Below the pieces are notes generated by a model. The model worked only from the letters and a program-made list of their open reading frames with translations, was not told the DNA's origin and did not search any database. DNA of 64,000 nt from Rhodospirillaceae bacterium MC! (GTDB taxonomy: Bacteria > Pseudomonadota > Alphaproteobacteria > MC1): contig NQOV01000007.1 in NCBI GenBank assembly GCA_002632265.1, forward strand, positions 55,583 through 119,582, given 5' to 3'. Position 1 is the stretch's first letter; every line of letters starts with the position of its first letter. Position numbers and translations under genes: made by a program. Shown here piece after piece: positions 19,153-27,680 of the stretch.

Positions 19153-20133
19153 TTATAGGTTCTTTTTCTTCATATGCCAATCGTAAGCCGTTTGAATGAT
19201 AGTTTCTAGATCAGAGCGTTTAGGATTAAAACCTATAACATCACGGGCTTTTTGTGAAGAGGCTACCAACTGATCGGGATCTCCTGCACGACGTGGGGCC
19301 ATGATTACATCGATTTTATTGCCGACAACTTTTTCCGCCATTTGTAGAACTTCTTTACAAGAATAGCCATTCCCTGTACCTAAATTGAAGTAGTTAGTTT
19401 CCCCACCACCTATTAGATATTCCAATGATTTAAGATGTGCTTGAGCTAGATCATCCACATGGATATAATCACGTACGCAAGTACCGTCAGGGGTATTGTA
19501 GTCATCGCCCATAAGATTAAATGAAGATTTATTAATACTTGCACGTAAAATCACAGGAATTAAATGGCTCTCTGGAGTGTGATTTTCCCCAATATCGCCA
19601 CTATCTGACGCACCTGACGCATTAAAGTATCTTAATCTTACAGATTTTAAGCCGTAAGCATTGTCATAATCATCCATGATCTGCTCCATCATCAATTTAG
19701 ACGCACCGTAAGGATTAATGGGAGCTTTTAATTGTTCTTCATCGATAGGAACACTTTTCGGTATGCCGTAAACTGCTGCGGTTGAAGAGAAAACAATTTT
19801 TTTCACATCAGCTTTGATCATAGCGTCTAGCAAATTCAAAGTGCCGACAACATTATTATGATAATACATTGACGGATTCGCCACAGATTCGCCCACTTGA
19901 ATAAACGCCGCAAAATGAACAACCGCTACAGGTTTGTATTTTTGGAAAGTTTTTGCTAAAAGTTCGCTATCGTGGATATCGCCCTTTACGAATTCGCCGT
20001 ATTTAGTGGCATATTCGTGGCCACTGCTTAGATTATCGTAAACTACAGGAGTAAAACCATTTTCCGAAAGCATTTTACAAGTATGACTACCAATGTAACC
20101 TGCTCCACCTGCAACTAATATATATTTTGACAT
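19153..20133 (-). CDS. galE: UDP-glucose 4-epimerase.
   Basis: N-terminus VAGGAGYIGSH, YGASK catalytic motif, 326 aa. The RBS is aagga. Confidence 0.9.
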   Translation of the reverse strand: MSKYILVAGGAGYIGSHTCKMLSENGFTPVVYDNLSSGHEYATKYGEFVKGDIHDSELLAKTFQKYKPVAVVHFAAFIQVGESVANPSMYYHNNVVGTLNLLDAMIKADVKKIVFSSTAAVYGIPKSVPIDEEQLKAPINPYGASKLMMEQIMDDYDNAYGLKSVRLRYFNASGASDSGDIGENHTPESHLIPVILRASINKSSFNLMGDDYNTPDGTCVRDYIHVDDLAQAHLKSLEYLIGGGETNYFNLGTGNGYSCKEVLQMAEKVVGNKIDVIMAPRRAGDPDQLVASSQKARDVIGFNPKRSDLETIIQTAYDWHMKKKNL

Positions 20134-20411
20134 TAATTAAGATCCTTTAAAGTTAAGTACTAAAATGAAGTACTGAAATTAAGTATTGAAATTACAATAT
20201 TTTTCATGGAATATTTTTTTGAATTTTTATCCCAACAAGTAAATAATATCTCATATGAGAGATTAAAGCAAGATATTTTATTGCAAAAAACATCAAGATA
20301 TGTTATTTTTATACAAGAAAATAAAAAAGAGCGTGAAAAATGGTCTAATATGCACTTTAAAGCATGGCTAAGCCCATTTTTAAAACTCTTACGTATATAA
20401 GGAATCCGAGC

Positions 20412-21344
20412 ATGTTTAAAAACATCAGAAAGAAAGATAAATCCGATCGTAAATTTTATCATGAAGATGAAAAACAAATCAATATTATCAGACGTAAAAA
20501 CCACAGGGCATACCACTTACACACTCACGAGTTCGAAGAGATTTTACTTGTGCTTTCAGGCCATGGCGTTCATTTTCATAATAATGAGTACGATTTTCTT
20601 TTGCCTGGCTCGTGTTTTTATATTAAATCGGGGGAACGTCATTCATTTTCCAATACAAATAAGTTAAATATCATAAATATCGGCTTTTATGCCAACTATT
20701 GGAGCATACAAGAAACCACATTGGCCTCATTAATTCTTAAGTTTCAAGATTTATTAGTAAAAAACAATAGAAAGATCCATTTAACTGGACAAGTATTAAA
20801 TAAAATCGAAGAAATTATCCGCTGGCTAGAAATGGAAACCGCCATTGAACGTGAAAACAATCAGGATCAAAATAAAAATCAGAATCAGGAAAAAGAAAAC
20901 AATAACATTCTAATCACAAGCCTATTTACTCAACTGTTTTATTTAATCACAAGAACCAATGATACACAAGTCTATCATAGGGATCATTATAATAACATCA
21001 ATGACGATGTTTTTAATCTCTTAAAAATATACAAGTTTGCAAGCGATGATATTAATCAAGATAACATCAGCATAAAACAATATGCCAAAGATAACGGCAG
21101 AACATACAACACTTTTTTACGTCATTTCATCAGCATGGTAGGACTACCGCCGAAAGATGTGGAAAGCAAAATAAAACTCTACAACAGCCGAAACCTAATT
21201 CTACGCCACCCCACATGGAGCATTTCAAAAATCGCCATTCAATCAGGATTCGAAGATATCTCATACTTTTCCAAACTCTTCAAAAAAGAATTCGATCTTG
21301 CCCCTAAAAAATACGCTTTACAGAATAAGAGTAATATATCTTAA
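20412..21344 (+). CDS. AraC/XylS-family transcriptional regulator (N-terminal cupin-like sensor, C-terminal double HTH), divergent from the gal operon. It carries an N/Q/K-rich insert.
   Basis: C-terminal AraC HTH signature (…ISKIAIQSGFEDISYFSKLFKKEFDLAPKKY). The start is set at the second ATG, which has an aagga RBS. Confidence 0.7.
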   Translation: MFKNIRKKDKSDRKFYHEDEKQINIIRRKNHRAYHLHTHEFEEILLVLSGHGVHFHNNEYDFLLPGSCFYIKSGERHSFSNTNKLNIINIGFYANYWSIQETTLASLILKFQDLLVKNNRKIHLTGQVLNKIEEIIRWLEMETAIERENNQDQNKNQNQEKENNNILITSLFTQLFYLITRTNDTQVYHRDHYNNINDDVFNLLKIYKFASDDINQDNISIKQYAKDNGRTYNTFLRHFISMVGLPPKDVESKIKLYNSRNLILRHPTWSISKIAIQSGFEDISYFSKLFKKEFDLAPKKYALQNKSNIS

Positions 21345-21408
21345 TATCTGTTATTGTAATATTTTAATACTTGTGATCTAGCAAAAAAATATCACAACCT
21401 ATATGACG

Positions 21409-21466
21409 AATACTAAACCTAAGGGGTGGGAAACCTAAGGGGTGGGAAACCTAAGGAGTGGGAAAA
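21409..21466. repeat. Three tandem 16-bp units (aaacctaaggggtggg) abutting the 5' end of a family B element.
   Basis: Direct reading: actaaacctaaggggtgggaaacctaaggggtgggaaacctaaggagtggg. Confidence 0.6.
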
Positions 21467-21556
21467 AGTACTCATCCAGCGTCCTTAAGCCATGCGTGGT
21501 GTATACACCACTACATGAGCATGGCTTAAGGACGCCAAGATGAGTGCTTTTTCACA
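21466..21556. repeat. Family B palindromic element between the AraC gene and coaBC.
   Basis: gagtgggaaaaagtactc…gcgtccttaagccatgcgtggtgtatacacc…catgagcatggcttaaggacgc…gagtgctttttcac. It contains a long internal inverted repeat. Confidence 0.6.
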
Positions 21557-21560
21557 GCCC

Positions 21561-22751
21561 TTAAAGAAGATCTATAATCTCTTGAACTATCAAGCGAGCA
21601 GTTTCTTTTTTGTTGCATTCGGTCATGGATTTACTATTGGTTGGGGTTATGAAAGTTATCTTGTTGTTATCTGATCCGATATATGATGTGTCGTTTAAGA
21701 CAATAGCGTCTAGGGATTTTCGTTGTAGTTTGCCTTTGGCGTTTTCCATGCCGTTATCACTTTCGGCAGAAAAGCCGATTATAAGTTTGTTGTTAGCGGA
21801 TCTGTCATTTGCTAAGGTTTTGATTATATCGGGATTTTTAATAAGTTCTAAAAAAACTTTATCGACCTTTTCGTCCTTTTTGATTTTGCTTTCCGAATAG
21901 TTGGCCACTCGATAATCGGATACGGCCGCACAACCGATAATAATATCGGCATTTTTGTTGAATTTTAAGGTTTCGGCTAGCATATCTTTGGCACTATAAG
22001 CACGGATAACCTTAAGATCATCAGGAATATCAACGGATACATTCCCCACAATAGCGGTAACATTTGCCCCCAAACGAGTGGCCTCTTGGGAAATTTCTAT
22101 GCCCATTCTACCGCTTGAACCGTTGGTAATATAACGGGCAGGATCAATCTTTTCTATCGTACCGCCAACAGTAATTAAAAGATTCACACCTAATAAGGGC
22201 TTATTGCTATTCCCCTTGGTATCTTCATAAAGATTTTCTATGGCGTTGATGATAGTTTCATGCTTGGGCAATCGTCCAATTCCCATTACACCGCAAGCAA
22301 GCATGCCACTTTCAGGTTCTAAAAAATTCACGTCGTAACTTGTAAGCTTTTTCATATTATCTTGATTTATGGGATTTAAATACATATTAGTATTCATTGC
22401 TGGACATATGAGCTTTAAGGAAGTGGTCGCCGAAAATATGGTAGTAAGGAAATCATCGGCAATTCCGTTAGCAACTTTACCGATGAAATTATAACTTGCA
22501 GGAGCTACAACGAAAACATCCGCCCATGTGGCAAGTTCGATATGTTCGACCTTACTATATTCTTCTTCATTCCACATATTCATATGCACATGATTTTTAC
22601 TAATGGTTTCCAAAGCTAAGGGCGAAACCATTTTGCTGGCGTTATGCGTCATTACCACACGGATATCGTGTCCGCACTTTCTAAGTTGTGAGACAAGATC
22701 CACACATTTATAACTAGCTATTCCGCCACATATTCCCAGTAATATTTTCAT
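21561..22751 (-). CDS. coaBC: Bifunctional phosphopantothenoylcysteine decarboxylase / phosphopantothenate-cysteine ligase.
   Basis: N-terminal flavoprotein motif (ILLGICGGIASYK) plus a C-terminal CoaB domain. 396 aa. Confidence 0.85.
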   Translation of the reverse strand: MKILLGICGGIASYKCVDLVSQLRKCGHDIRVVMTHNASKMVSPLALETISKNHVHMNMWNEEEYSKVEHIELATWADVFVVAPASYNFIGKVANGIADDFLTTIFSATTSLKLICPAMNTNMYLNPINQDNMKKLTSYDVNFLEPESGMLACGVMGIGRLPKHETIINAIENLYEDTKGNSNKPLLGVNLLITVGGTIEKIDPARYITNGSSGRMGIEISQEATRLGANVTAIVGNVSVDIPDDLKVIRAYSAKDMLAETLKFNKNADIIIGCAAVSDYRVANYSESKIKKDEKVDKVFLELIKNPDIIKTLANDRSANNKLIIGFSAESDNGMENAKGKLQRKSLDAIVLNDTSYIGSDNNKITFITPTNSKSMTECNKKETARLIVQEIIDLL

Positions 22752-22767
22752 AATACGCTCCCCTATC

Positions 22768-23541
22768 CTATAAATTAAGTTTCGCTATGGTGCATAAGCC
22801 GTCCATTGTGAGATCTGGTATATATTCATTATCTATGGTCAAATAAGGCAGAACTATTGGGGCTTGCCCACCATTTATGATAGTTACGATATTATCTTCA
22901 TTTAACTCTTGTTTGAATTTATTAACCATGCCTTCAATTAAACAAACATAGCCAAGAACCATACCAGATTGTAAAGCGTGAGTCGTGTTTGAGCCGATGA
23001 TGTGATCGTTATATTCAAGCGGTATGGATTTCAGTTGGGCCGCCTTAGAGACTAAAGCATTAAAGGACGTTCCCAAGCCTGTAGTAATAGATCCCCCTAA
23101 GAATTCACCCTTGCCGTTTATGGTTACGATAGTTAGAGCCGTACCTAATGTTAGGATTATCGTAGGGCCTTGGAATTTTTCCCATGCACTTACGGCATTG
23201 ACGATAAGGTCTGCTCCTGTGGCTTTGGGAGTATCGGTTTTTATGGTGATATTTAAGTTAAGATCAGGGGAAACGATAAGAAATTTTTTACTGCTTAAAT
23301 ATTTCTCATGCCATAACTTTAAAATGGAAGTTAAAGCAGGAACAACACTACTTAAAACCACTTTAGATATATGATCATAGGACATATTTAAGGTTTTAAG
23401 AAAATAACTTATTTGCATGGAGTATTCGTCAGCGGTTCGCAATTCGGAAGTTCTTAAGCGAAAACTCCCCACTGGGATATTATTTAAGTCATATATGGCA
23501 AGCTTAATGTTAGTATTGCCCACATCTATATTTAATAACAT
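22768..23541 (-). CDS. coaX: Type III pantothenate kinase.
   Basis: N-terminus LLNIDVGNTNIKLAIY. 257 aa. Adjacent to coaBC. Confidence 0.8.
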   Translation of the reverse strand: MLLNIDVGNTNIKLAIYDLNNIPVGSFRLRTSELRTADEYSMQISYFLKTLNMSYDHISKVVLSSVVPALTSILKLWHEKYLSSKKFLIVSPDLNLNITIKTDTPKATGADLIVNAVSAWEKFQGPTIILTLGTALTIVTINGKGEFLGGSITTGLGTSFNALVSKAAQLKSIPLEYNDHIIGSNTTHALQSGMVLGYVCLIEGMVNKFKQELNEDNIVTIINGGQAPIVLPYLTIDNEYIPDLTMDGLCTIAKLNL

Positions 23542-23568
23542 TCTTTACAATCCGCTCTTTTAATTAAT

Positions 23569-24345
23569 TTATAGCTTTGAGGCATTCATATAATTGTTAT
23601 TAATGGGATTGGAACGTCCTTGTGAATTGGCGGTTAAAAAATTCCCTGTTTGTGTATATAGCCCTGCAACATAGGATTGAGTTCTCGCACCAAGTGGCGA
23701 ATCAGGGAATGGATACTCGTTGCTAGTCCCTACAGGATTCTTAAATTGAAAGTTATTGTAATGGCTCGCCACATCAGGATTGATATTACTAGTCTCTGGC
23801 ATGTTGTTATTGGTGGTGTTATTATAAGCACTATGAGCATAACTTACAGAACTCTTGGCAAAACTAAAATTATTAAGCCCAAGTGATGAATGAATTTTCT
23901 TTTCCACATCCTTATATGATGTGATAGATTCTGCGTTATCCTGATCCTTATCATTATCAAATAAATCGCCTTGAGCTTGAGCCTGGGTTTGATCTGGCTC
24001 TTGATCATGATCTTGCCCTTGAGCTTTCTTATTTTTATTAAGATCTAGCGTAATTTCTGATTGATTTTCTTTAATGCTGTTTAATTGTGATAACTGTTCT
24101 TGTGCCATAAGCAAAGCCGATGCCACATTACTATTATATTTCGGCCCTGTACTAACACGAACTAGGGATTTAGCCTGTTGTGTTTTAGCTACATTTTGCT
24201 CAATATTGGGTTTTTGCGTTTGACTTTCGCCTAAATCTTTCGGCTTAAACTTAACTTGAGATATTTTGTATCTGTTCTTTCTTGGCGATACAGACGTACT
24301 CGAATAGCTCGACAATAATGAATTTAAATTACTAATATAAGACAT
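23569..24345 (-). CDS. Hypothetical N/Q/S-rich, predicted disordered protein with no signal peptide or TM.
   Basis: Low-complexity composition throughout (…NKNKKAQGQDHDQEPDQTQAQAQG…NNTTNNNMPETSN…). No recognisable domain. Confidence 0.3.
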   Translation of the reverse strand: MSYISNLNSLLSSYSSTSVSPRKNRYKISQVKFKPKDLGESQTQKPNIEQNVAKTQQAKSLVRVSTGPKYNSNVASALLMAQEQLSQLNSIKENQSEITLDLNKNKKAQGQDHDQEPDQTQAQAQGDLFDNDKDQDNAESITSYKDVEKKIHSSLGLNNFSFAKSSVSYAHSAYNNTTNNNMPETSNINPDVASHYNNFQFKNPVGTSNEYPFPDSPLGARTQSYVAGLYTQTGNFLTANSQGRSNPINNNYMNASKL

Positions 24346-24504
24346 AAGTTTTAACCTTTACATAAAACATTGTTCAGAATAACATTTTTATTTAATATAT
24401 GTAATCATAGTATACCATTCTTTCAATACAATTACAATATAAAACTATAAACACCAACTAACTTATTATACACACCCTTAAAATATAATGTAAATTCATA
24501 ACCA

Positions 24505-24880
24505 TAACCCACATACATATTAGCTCATTTATCACGATCCGCAGGATTGGGAGAAATGGGATAAGATGTGCCTTATCTTAGGGCGACGTGTACTTAATAC
24601 CTACACTAACCCTAGTTTAAGGTGCAGATTAGCCCCTTTATCACGATCCGCAGGATTGGGAGAAATGGGATAAGATGTGCTTGTAAATAGGGCGACGTGT
24701 ACTAAATGCTTACACTAACCCTAGTTTAAGGTGCAGATTAGCCCCTTTATCACGATCCGCAGGATTGGGAGAAATGGGATAAGATGTGCCTTATCTTAGG
24801 GCGACGTGTACTAAATGCTTACACTAGCCCTAAGATAAGGTACATATTAGCCCATTTCTCCCAATCCTAATTAGGGTTTT
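24505..24880. repeat. Tandem array of three 109-bp units (family A) with partial flanking copies. Each unit contains internal hairpins.
   Basis: Unit starts at 24531, 24640 and 24749 (atcacgatccgcaggattgggagaaatgggataagatgtgcc…gggcgacgtgtac…aaccctagtttaaggtgcagattagcccc). The 3' flank ccatttctcccaatcct is the reverse complement of aggattgggagaaatgg. Confidence 0.8.
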
Positions 24881-26529
24881 ATGGCTTTTTGGTATAGAGC
24901 CTTGATTTTTACTACGTCTTGCTTAAACTTACGTAGGCTTCGATTTCTAAGGTTTTCGCCTGCGGGAGAAAGTGGGCCTAGGGGGTCTATGGGGTGGCCG
25001 TATTTTCTAATTTCGTAATGGACGTGATAGCCTGTGGCGTATCCTGTCATACCTACAAAGCCGATAACTTGACCTTTTCTCACATGACTTCCCACACGTA
25101 AGCCACCTTGGAAATGATCCATATGGGCGTAGTATGTCGTATATACCGAGTTGTGGCGGATGATTATCACGTTACCGTATCCTCGAATCCAGCCACGGAA
25201 TTGGATAACGCCTTTACCACCTGCAAAGATAGGGGTATTTTTTGCCACTGCATAATCTATGCCTGTATGATGTACCCATTTATGTAATATGGGATGATAG
25301 CGACGTGGGGAAAATTTAGACGATATGTACGCATGAAGTACGGGACGGCGTAATAATGTATGTCTTGCACTCATTCCTAAACTGTTAAAGTAATCGCTCA
25401 TACCTCTTGAATAGGTAAAGAAATATAGGGGATGATCATGGTGGCTAATATTCAGATTTGCATATAAAATCTTACTATTGCGTGTGGTTGTGTCGTTTCT
25501 GTATACATCTTGTTTGTACATTACTTGGAATTTATCGCCTGGGTGGATATTACGTCTAAAATCAATACTCCAACCGTACAGATTCTTAAACTTATATAAA
25601 ATACCGTGGCTCATGCCATTTTCTATGGCTTCAGAATCCAGAGATGTTTTAATGATACCTTCAACCTTAACTACACGAGTATGTTTTTTATAGTTAACCA
25701 CTTTACTCACGAATAACTTTTTTAACTCTTCAGCGGAAATATGTTCTATGTCGGCTGGTTGAGTGTAATTTAGTACCACATCTTTTTTGTAATTAATACG
25801 AACTTTTACAACTGCGGGGATTACTCTATCTTTAGGTTTTGGCTTGTTATAGATGAAGGTAAATTGATCCCCTGGGTGGATACTTACTGGCGAATATCCT
25901 TGCCTGTCCAGTTCTTGGATTATGTAATAGGCTTCCTTGTTCGTATAGCCTTGAGTTGCGAGAATCTGATTGAGTAACTGACCAGATACAACCTTAACGT
26001 TTCTTGTAAAAGGATAGGTAATCTTTTTGGCAACCTTAGAATCTACACCTTTTGAGCCTGTATTATTCTTTTCTGTATTCGAACTTGAAAACCAAGATGT
26101 TACGGTATCCCATATGCCTTTATTTTCATTGTCTTTATCTTCATCGCTATCACTTACAAGCGAACCGCCGTTATCTTCGGCATTGGTTAAATTTGCATCT
26201 GCTAATTCATCATCAGGATCTTTGGGGATAATAACATGTTTACTATCGATTGACGGCTTTAAACCTTTGTTATCGATAATAGTATCATCGGTCTGCCCCG
26301 AAACGTCTGCGGAATTTTTTACTTGGATGTTGGGCAGTTCGGCAGCGTCGCTCTCATCTTTTTTACTATTATTTTCATAATGTAAATCTTGCTCTATTGT
26401 TTCATTCATCTCGGACACAGATTCTCCCTGTGAACTCGAGTACCATAAATAAGCGATCAGAAGTATTGCAAAAATCGCAATAGCAACCAACATTTTAAGC
26501 CTATATTGTGATAGTAAATATTTTTTCAT
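24871..26529 (-). CDS. Murein DD-endopeptidase, M23/LytM family, with an N-terminal TM and OapA-like domain (MepM/YebA-like). It carries an acidic low-complexity insert.
   Basis: C-terminal M23 motifs (HTGIDYA … GYHVHYE). The track ORF begins at a TTG, so the start is set at the first ATG (MKKYLL…). Confidence 0.75.
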   Translation of the reverse strand: MKKYLLSQYRLKMLVAIAIFAILLIAYLWYSSSQGESVSEMNETIEQDLHYENNSKKDESDAAELPNIQVKNSADVSGQTDDTIIDNKGLKPSIDSKHVIIPKDPDDELADANLTNAEDNGGSLVSDSDEDKDNENKGIWDTVTSWFSSSNTEKNNTGSKGVDSKVAKKITYPFTRNVKVVSGQLLNQILATQGYTNKEAYYIIQELDRQGYSPVSIHPGDQFTFIYNKPKPKDRVIPAVVKVRINYKKDVVLNYTQPADIEHISAEELKKLFVSKVVNYKKHTRVVKVEGIIKTSLDSEAIENGMSHGILYKFKNLYGWSIDFRRNIHPGDKFQVMYKQDVYRNDTTTRNSKILYANLNISHHDHPLYFFTYSRGMSDYFNSLGMSARHTLLRRPVLHAYISSKFSPRRYHPILHKWVHHTGIDYAVAKNTPIFAGGKGVIQFRGWIRGYGNVIIIRHNSVYTTYYAHMDHFQGGLRVGSHVRKGQVIGFVGMTGYATGYHVHYEIRKYGHPIDPLGPLSPAGENLRNRSLRKFKQDVVKIKALYQKAIKP

Positions 26530-26667
26530 TAGCTTGTTATCTTTCAATTATCATTCTGGTAGATGAAAAATCTATAAATATTGTAAAATTTATCTTTCAA
26601 TCCTAGTTCTTTTTTCTTAAAATATAGTAAAGGCGAATCTTTTCAACTAAATACAAAGGTAATATAA

Positions 26668-27621
26668 ATGATTCTAAAACCTAAAGAAATTGACTGTAAA
26701 GCATTATTCAACCTAGATATTAACTTCCCAGTAATGGGCTTTCAAACCCCCCAAGAAAATACCCCAAAAAGAGATGAAAATTTCTATTTTGATCCCATAA
26801 TTACCACGTCAATCCTAGCAGGATTCTCTGCGAATCTTCGTATAATGATCTCTGGATTACACGGTACAGGAAAATCTAGCCACATAGAACAAGTATGTGC
26901 AAGATTAAATTGGGGATGCTTAAGAATCAATCTAGATTCTCACATCCAACGTTCTGATCTTTTAGGAAAAGATGTCCTAACAATCGACGAAAACGCCAAC
27001 CAAGTTACAAGATTCGAACAAGGATTATTACCTTTAGCCATGCAATCCCCTACCGCTTTGATCTTTGATGAGTATGACGCAGGCAAGCCTGATATCATGT
27101 TCGTTATTCAAAGATTACTCGAAGAAAATGGACAATTTACCTTGCTTGATCAAAATAAAATCATAACACCCCACCAACATTTCCGACTATTTGCAACCGC
27201 CAACACCAACGGATTCGGCGACAATACTGGATTGTATAATGGATCTCAAATTTTAAATCAAGCACAACTTGATCGCTGGAATATCCTTGCGAAACTAAAA
27301 TTTATGCCATCTGATCATGAAATAAATGTTATAATTGATAAGAATCCACAGATAAAAACAAAAAAAGATAAGGACTTTATCGTTAAAATCGTAGAATTCG
27401 CCAATCTCACACGTGAAGCATTTAATAATAATAGCTTATCCTTATTCTGCTCCACAAGGACATTAATATCATGGGCCAAGATCTATACACTGATGAATAA
27501 GGATATGCAACTATCATTCCAACTATCATTTCTAAATCGTTGTGATAACGAAGAATTTCCCTTAATTAATGAATTATGGCAACGGGTATTTAATACAGAA
27601 CTACAAGACATTTCTTCTTAA
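26668..27621 (+). CDS. cobS: CobS-like AAA/MoxR-family ATPase (the cobS/cobT pair conserved in Alphaproteobacteria).
   Basis: Walker A (GLHGTGKSS), Walker B (LIFDEYDAG), ~320 aa, followed by a vWA partner. Confidence 0.75.
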   Translation: MILKPKEIDCKALFNLDINFPVMGFQTPQENTPKRDENFYFDPIITTSILAGFSANLRIMISGLHGTGKSSHIEQVCARLNWGCLRINLDSHIQRSDLLGKDVLTIDENANQVTRFEQGLLPLAMQSPTALIFDEYDAGKPDIMFVIQRLLEENGQFTLLDQNKIITPHQHFRLFATANTNGFGDNTGLYNGSQILNQAQLDRWNILAKLKFMPSDHEINVIIDKNPQIKTKKDKDFIVKIVEFANLTREAFNNNSLSLFCSTRTLISWAKIYTLMNKDMQLSFQLSFLNRCDNEEFPLINELWQRVFNTELQDISS

Positions 27622-27680
27622 ATATTCACTTAATATTTTACTAAATGAAACAATTAACCACAAAAGATTGACATTTATCA

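Noticed and set aside
20160-20516. 118-aa minus-strand ORF in the galE/AraC divergent region.
   Set aside because: It lies in the promoter and operator gap and overlaps the AraC gene's 5' end. It has no RBS or domain, so it is more likely regulatory DNA than a gene.
24505-24880. The tandem repeat array was considered as a possible CRISPR array.
   Set aside because: The units are 109 bp and contiguous, with no unique spacers between them. The repeats are much longer than CRISPR repeats, and no cas genes are nearby.
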